This document shows positions 30,648 through 32,000 of a stretch of 32,000 bases of DNA, in pieces. This DNA is from Prochlorococcus marinus subsp. pastoris str. CCMP1986 (GTDB taxonomy: Bacteria > Cyanobacteriota > Cyanobacteriia > PCC-6307 > Cyanobiaceae), in assembly GCF_000011465.1 (NCBI RefSeq), contig NC_005072.1, positions 420,001 to 452,000 on the forward strand, in the 5' to 3' direction. Position 1 is the stretch's first letter. Each line of letters starts with the position of its first letter. The position numbers were made by a program, and so were the translations under genes. The notes beneath the pieces were generated by a model. The model saw only the letters and a list, made by a program, of their open reading frames with translations, was not told where the DNA came from and made no database searches.

Positions 30648-31130
30648 TTATCGATCAAAGCGTTGTTTTACGCGAGTAGCTTTTCCTACTCTATCTCGTA
30701 GATAGAATAGCTTAGCTCTTCTTACTTTACCTCTCCGTTCTACTTTTAGGGAGGCGACTTGAGGACTATGTAGCATAAATACTCTTTCCACTCCAATACC
30801 TTGAAAAATCCTTCTTACTGTAATGGTCTGATGGAGTCCGCCATGTCTCTTCGCAATCACAACTCCTTCGTAAGGTTGAACTCTTTCTTTGTTACCTTCT
30901 GTAATTTTTACTCCAACTTTAACCGTATCTCCAACATATATTTCGGGCAATTGTTTTTTTAATTGCTCTCTTTCAAATTCCTTGATTAAATTAGATGAAC
31001 TTAAGTTTGTTTGGGCAATTAGCTCTTTACCTTGCTTTTCAACAGTCAATTCTGTGGTAGTGTCAGTTTCATTAGTGATTTCTAACTCAGTTTCTTGTTT
31101 CTCTTTTGCCATTTTATGCTCAATAATCAT
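30648..31130 (-). CDS. rplS: 50S ribosomal protein L19 with N-terminal extension
   Basis: 160 aa. L19 core: [29 protein letters not shown]...[16 protein letters not shown]...[13 protein letters not shown]...[15 protein letters not shown]. Alternative start at 31112 (MAKEKQ). Confidence 0.95.
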   Translation of the reverse strand: MIIEHKMAKEKQETELEITNETDTTTELTVEKQGKELIAQTNLSSSNLIKEFEREQLKKQLPEIYVGDTVKVGVKITEGNKERVQPYEGVVIAKRHGGLHQTITVRRIFQGIGVERVFMLHSPQVASLKVERRGKVRRAKLFYLRDRVGKATRVKQRFDR

Positions 31131-31144
31131 ACAAGAATATCATT

Positions 31145-31453
31145 TTAACCTTTCGACTCGCCTTTAGTAACCTTTTTAGGAAATGAAATTTTTTTAGAAA
31201 ACATTTGAAACCCAGTTATTAGCATCCAAATAAGACCTAAAGAATTCAAGATTACGTAGATTAGTTCTCCATTATCTCCAAGCCACTCCCCTTCGTGTAG
31301 AGACATTAACCAGTGAACTTCATCTCTTGAGTAGCCTAATAAATCTTTACAGATTCTATAGAATGTGCCTGTTAAAGCTGAAATGAATAATGGGAGGAAA
31401 ACCCAAGGTGCCAAAGATTTATGAAATTGCCTAGAATTAGTAATAAAATTCAT
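31145..31453 (-). CDS. Conserved hypothetical membrane protein (PepSY-like TM)
   Basis: 102 aa: [32 protein letters not shown]...[12 protein letters not shown]...[14 protein letters not shown], two TM segments flanking a short loop. Family assignment is inference. Confidence 0.7.
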   Translation of the reverse strand: MNFITNSRQFHKSLAPWVFLPLFISALTGTFYRICKDLLGYSRDEVHWLMSLHEGEWLGDNGELIYVILNSLGLIWMLITGFQMFSKKISFPKKVTKGESKG

Positions 31454-31542
31454 TTTTTGTTTTTCTTACTGTTAGATTTGAGGTGGCCATGCAGACTATG
31501 GCTATTTTGGATCATATTTACTTAATACTATTATTTATTCCA

Positions 31543-32000
31543 ATGAAACATTTTGCAGATCTTTTATTAAATAAAAATAATTCTAAATCCAATGATCAAG
31601 TTCCTTTTATCCAAAGAAGAAGAGGAATCGAAATAAAGTCTGCAAGGGAAATAAATTTGATGAAGAAATCGAGTAGGATTGTTGGAACAGTTTTGAGAGA
31701 AATAAATGACCTCATAAAACCAGGAATGAGTACAAAAGATTTGGATGATTTTGCGGAAAAGAGGATAAGAGAGATGGGTGCTGTGCCAAGTTTTAAGGGT
31801 TATCATGGATTCCCATCAAGTATTTGTTCAAGTGTTAATAATGAAGTTGTTCATGGTATACCAAACAAAAATAAAATAATTAACGATGGAGATCTTGTTA
31901 AGATTGATACTGGAGCTTATCTAGATGGATTTCATGGAGATAGTTGTATCTCTATTTGTGTAGGTGAAGTAAGTAATCAAGCCCAAAAACTTAGTGATGT
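31543..32000 (+). CDS. map: Methionine aminopeptidase type I, 5' part, truncated by window edge
   Basis: The frame reads [14 protein letters not shown]...[27 protein letters not shown]...[13 protein letters not shown]...[18 protein letters not shown]. An upstream in-frame ATG lies at 31489. Confidence 0.93.
   Translation, partial: MKHFADLLLNKNNSKSNDQVPFIQRRRGIEIKSAREINLMKKSSRIVGTVLREINDLIKPGMSTKDLDDFAEKRIREMGAVPSFKGYHGFPSSICSSVNNEVVHGIPNKNKIINDGDLVKIDTGAYLDGFHGDSCISICVGEVSNQAQKLSD

Noticed and set aside
1-32000. Genomic island, prophage or novel defense system
   Set aside because: Gene content is almost entirely recognisable housekeeping and photosynthesis genes. I saw no integrase, transposase, toxin-antitoxin, restriction-modification or nuclease/helicase cluster. 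The two tRNA genes show no attached partial duplicates in the window.

Overview
This 32 kb window looks like ordinary core genome of an AT-rich marine picocyanobacterium, most likely Prochlorococcus (high-light type); the taxon is inferred from composition and gene content. It is densely packed with housekeeping and photosynthesis genes. In order they are: a 3' fragment of a probable periplasmic solute-binding protein, an aldo/keto reductase with 4Fe-4S motifs, ribE, a cyAbrB-like regulator, ctaE-ctaD-ctaC divergent from ctaA-ctaB, an ABC-2 type exporter pair, a short-repeat Glu/Gln-rich hypothetical, a groEL without adjacent groES, fabG, ispD, an S66 LD-carboxypeptidase-like protein, a UbiA prenyltransferase, ppx/gppA, a RodZ-like HTH protein, cobM, lgt, petA-petC, a small conserved hypothetical, tatC, an NFACT/RqcH protein, gmk, psaJ-psaF, tsaD, a high-light-inducible protein, a Na+/H+ antiporter, gltX, tRNA-Asp, tRNA-Trp, rplS and the 5' part of map. 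Two small ORFs absent from the supplied ORF track were read manually: psaJ (25200-25334, minus) and a 59-aa membrane-like ORF (12435-12614, plus). I see no CRISPR array, transposase, phage module, defense island or convincing new system. The findings below are modest: local repeats, protein extensions, missed small genes and a strong AT-rich inverted repeat.
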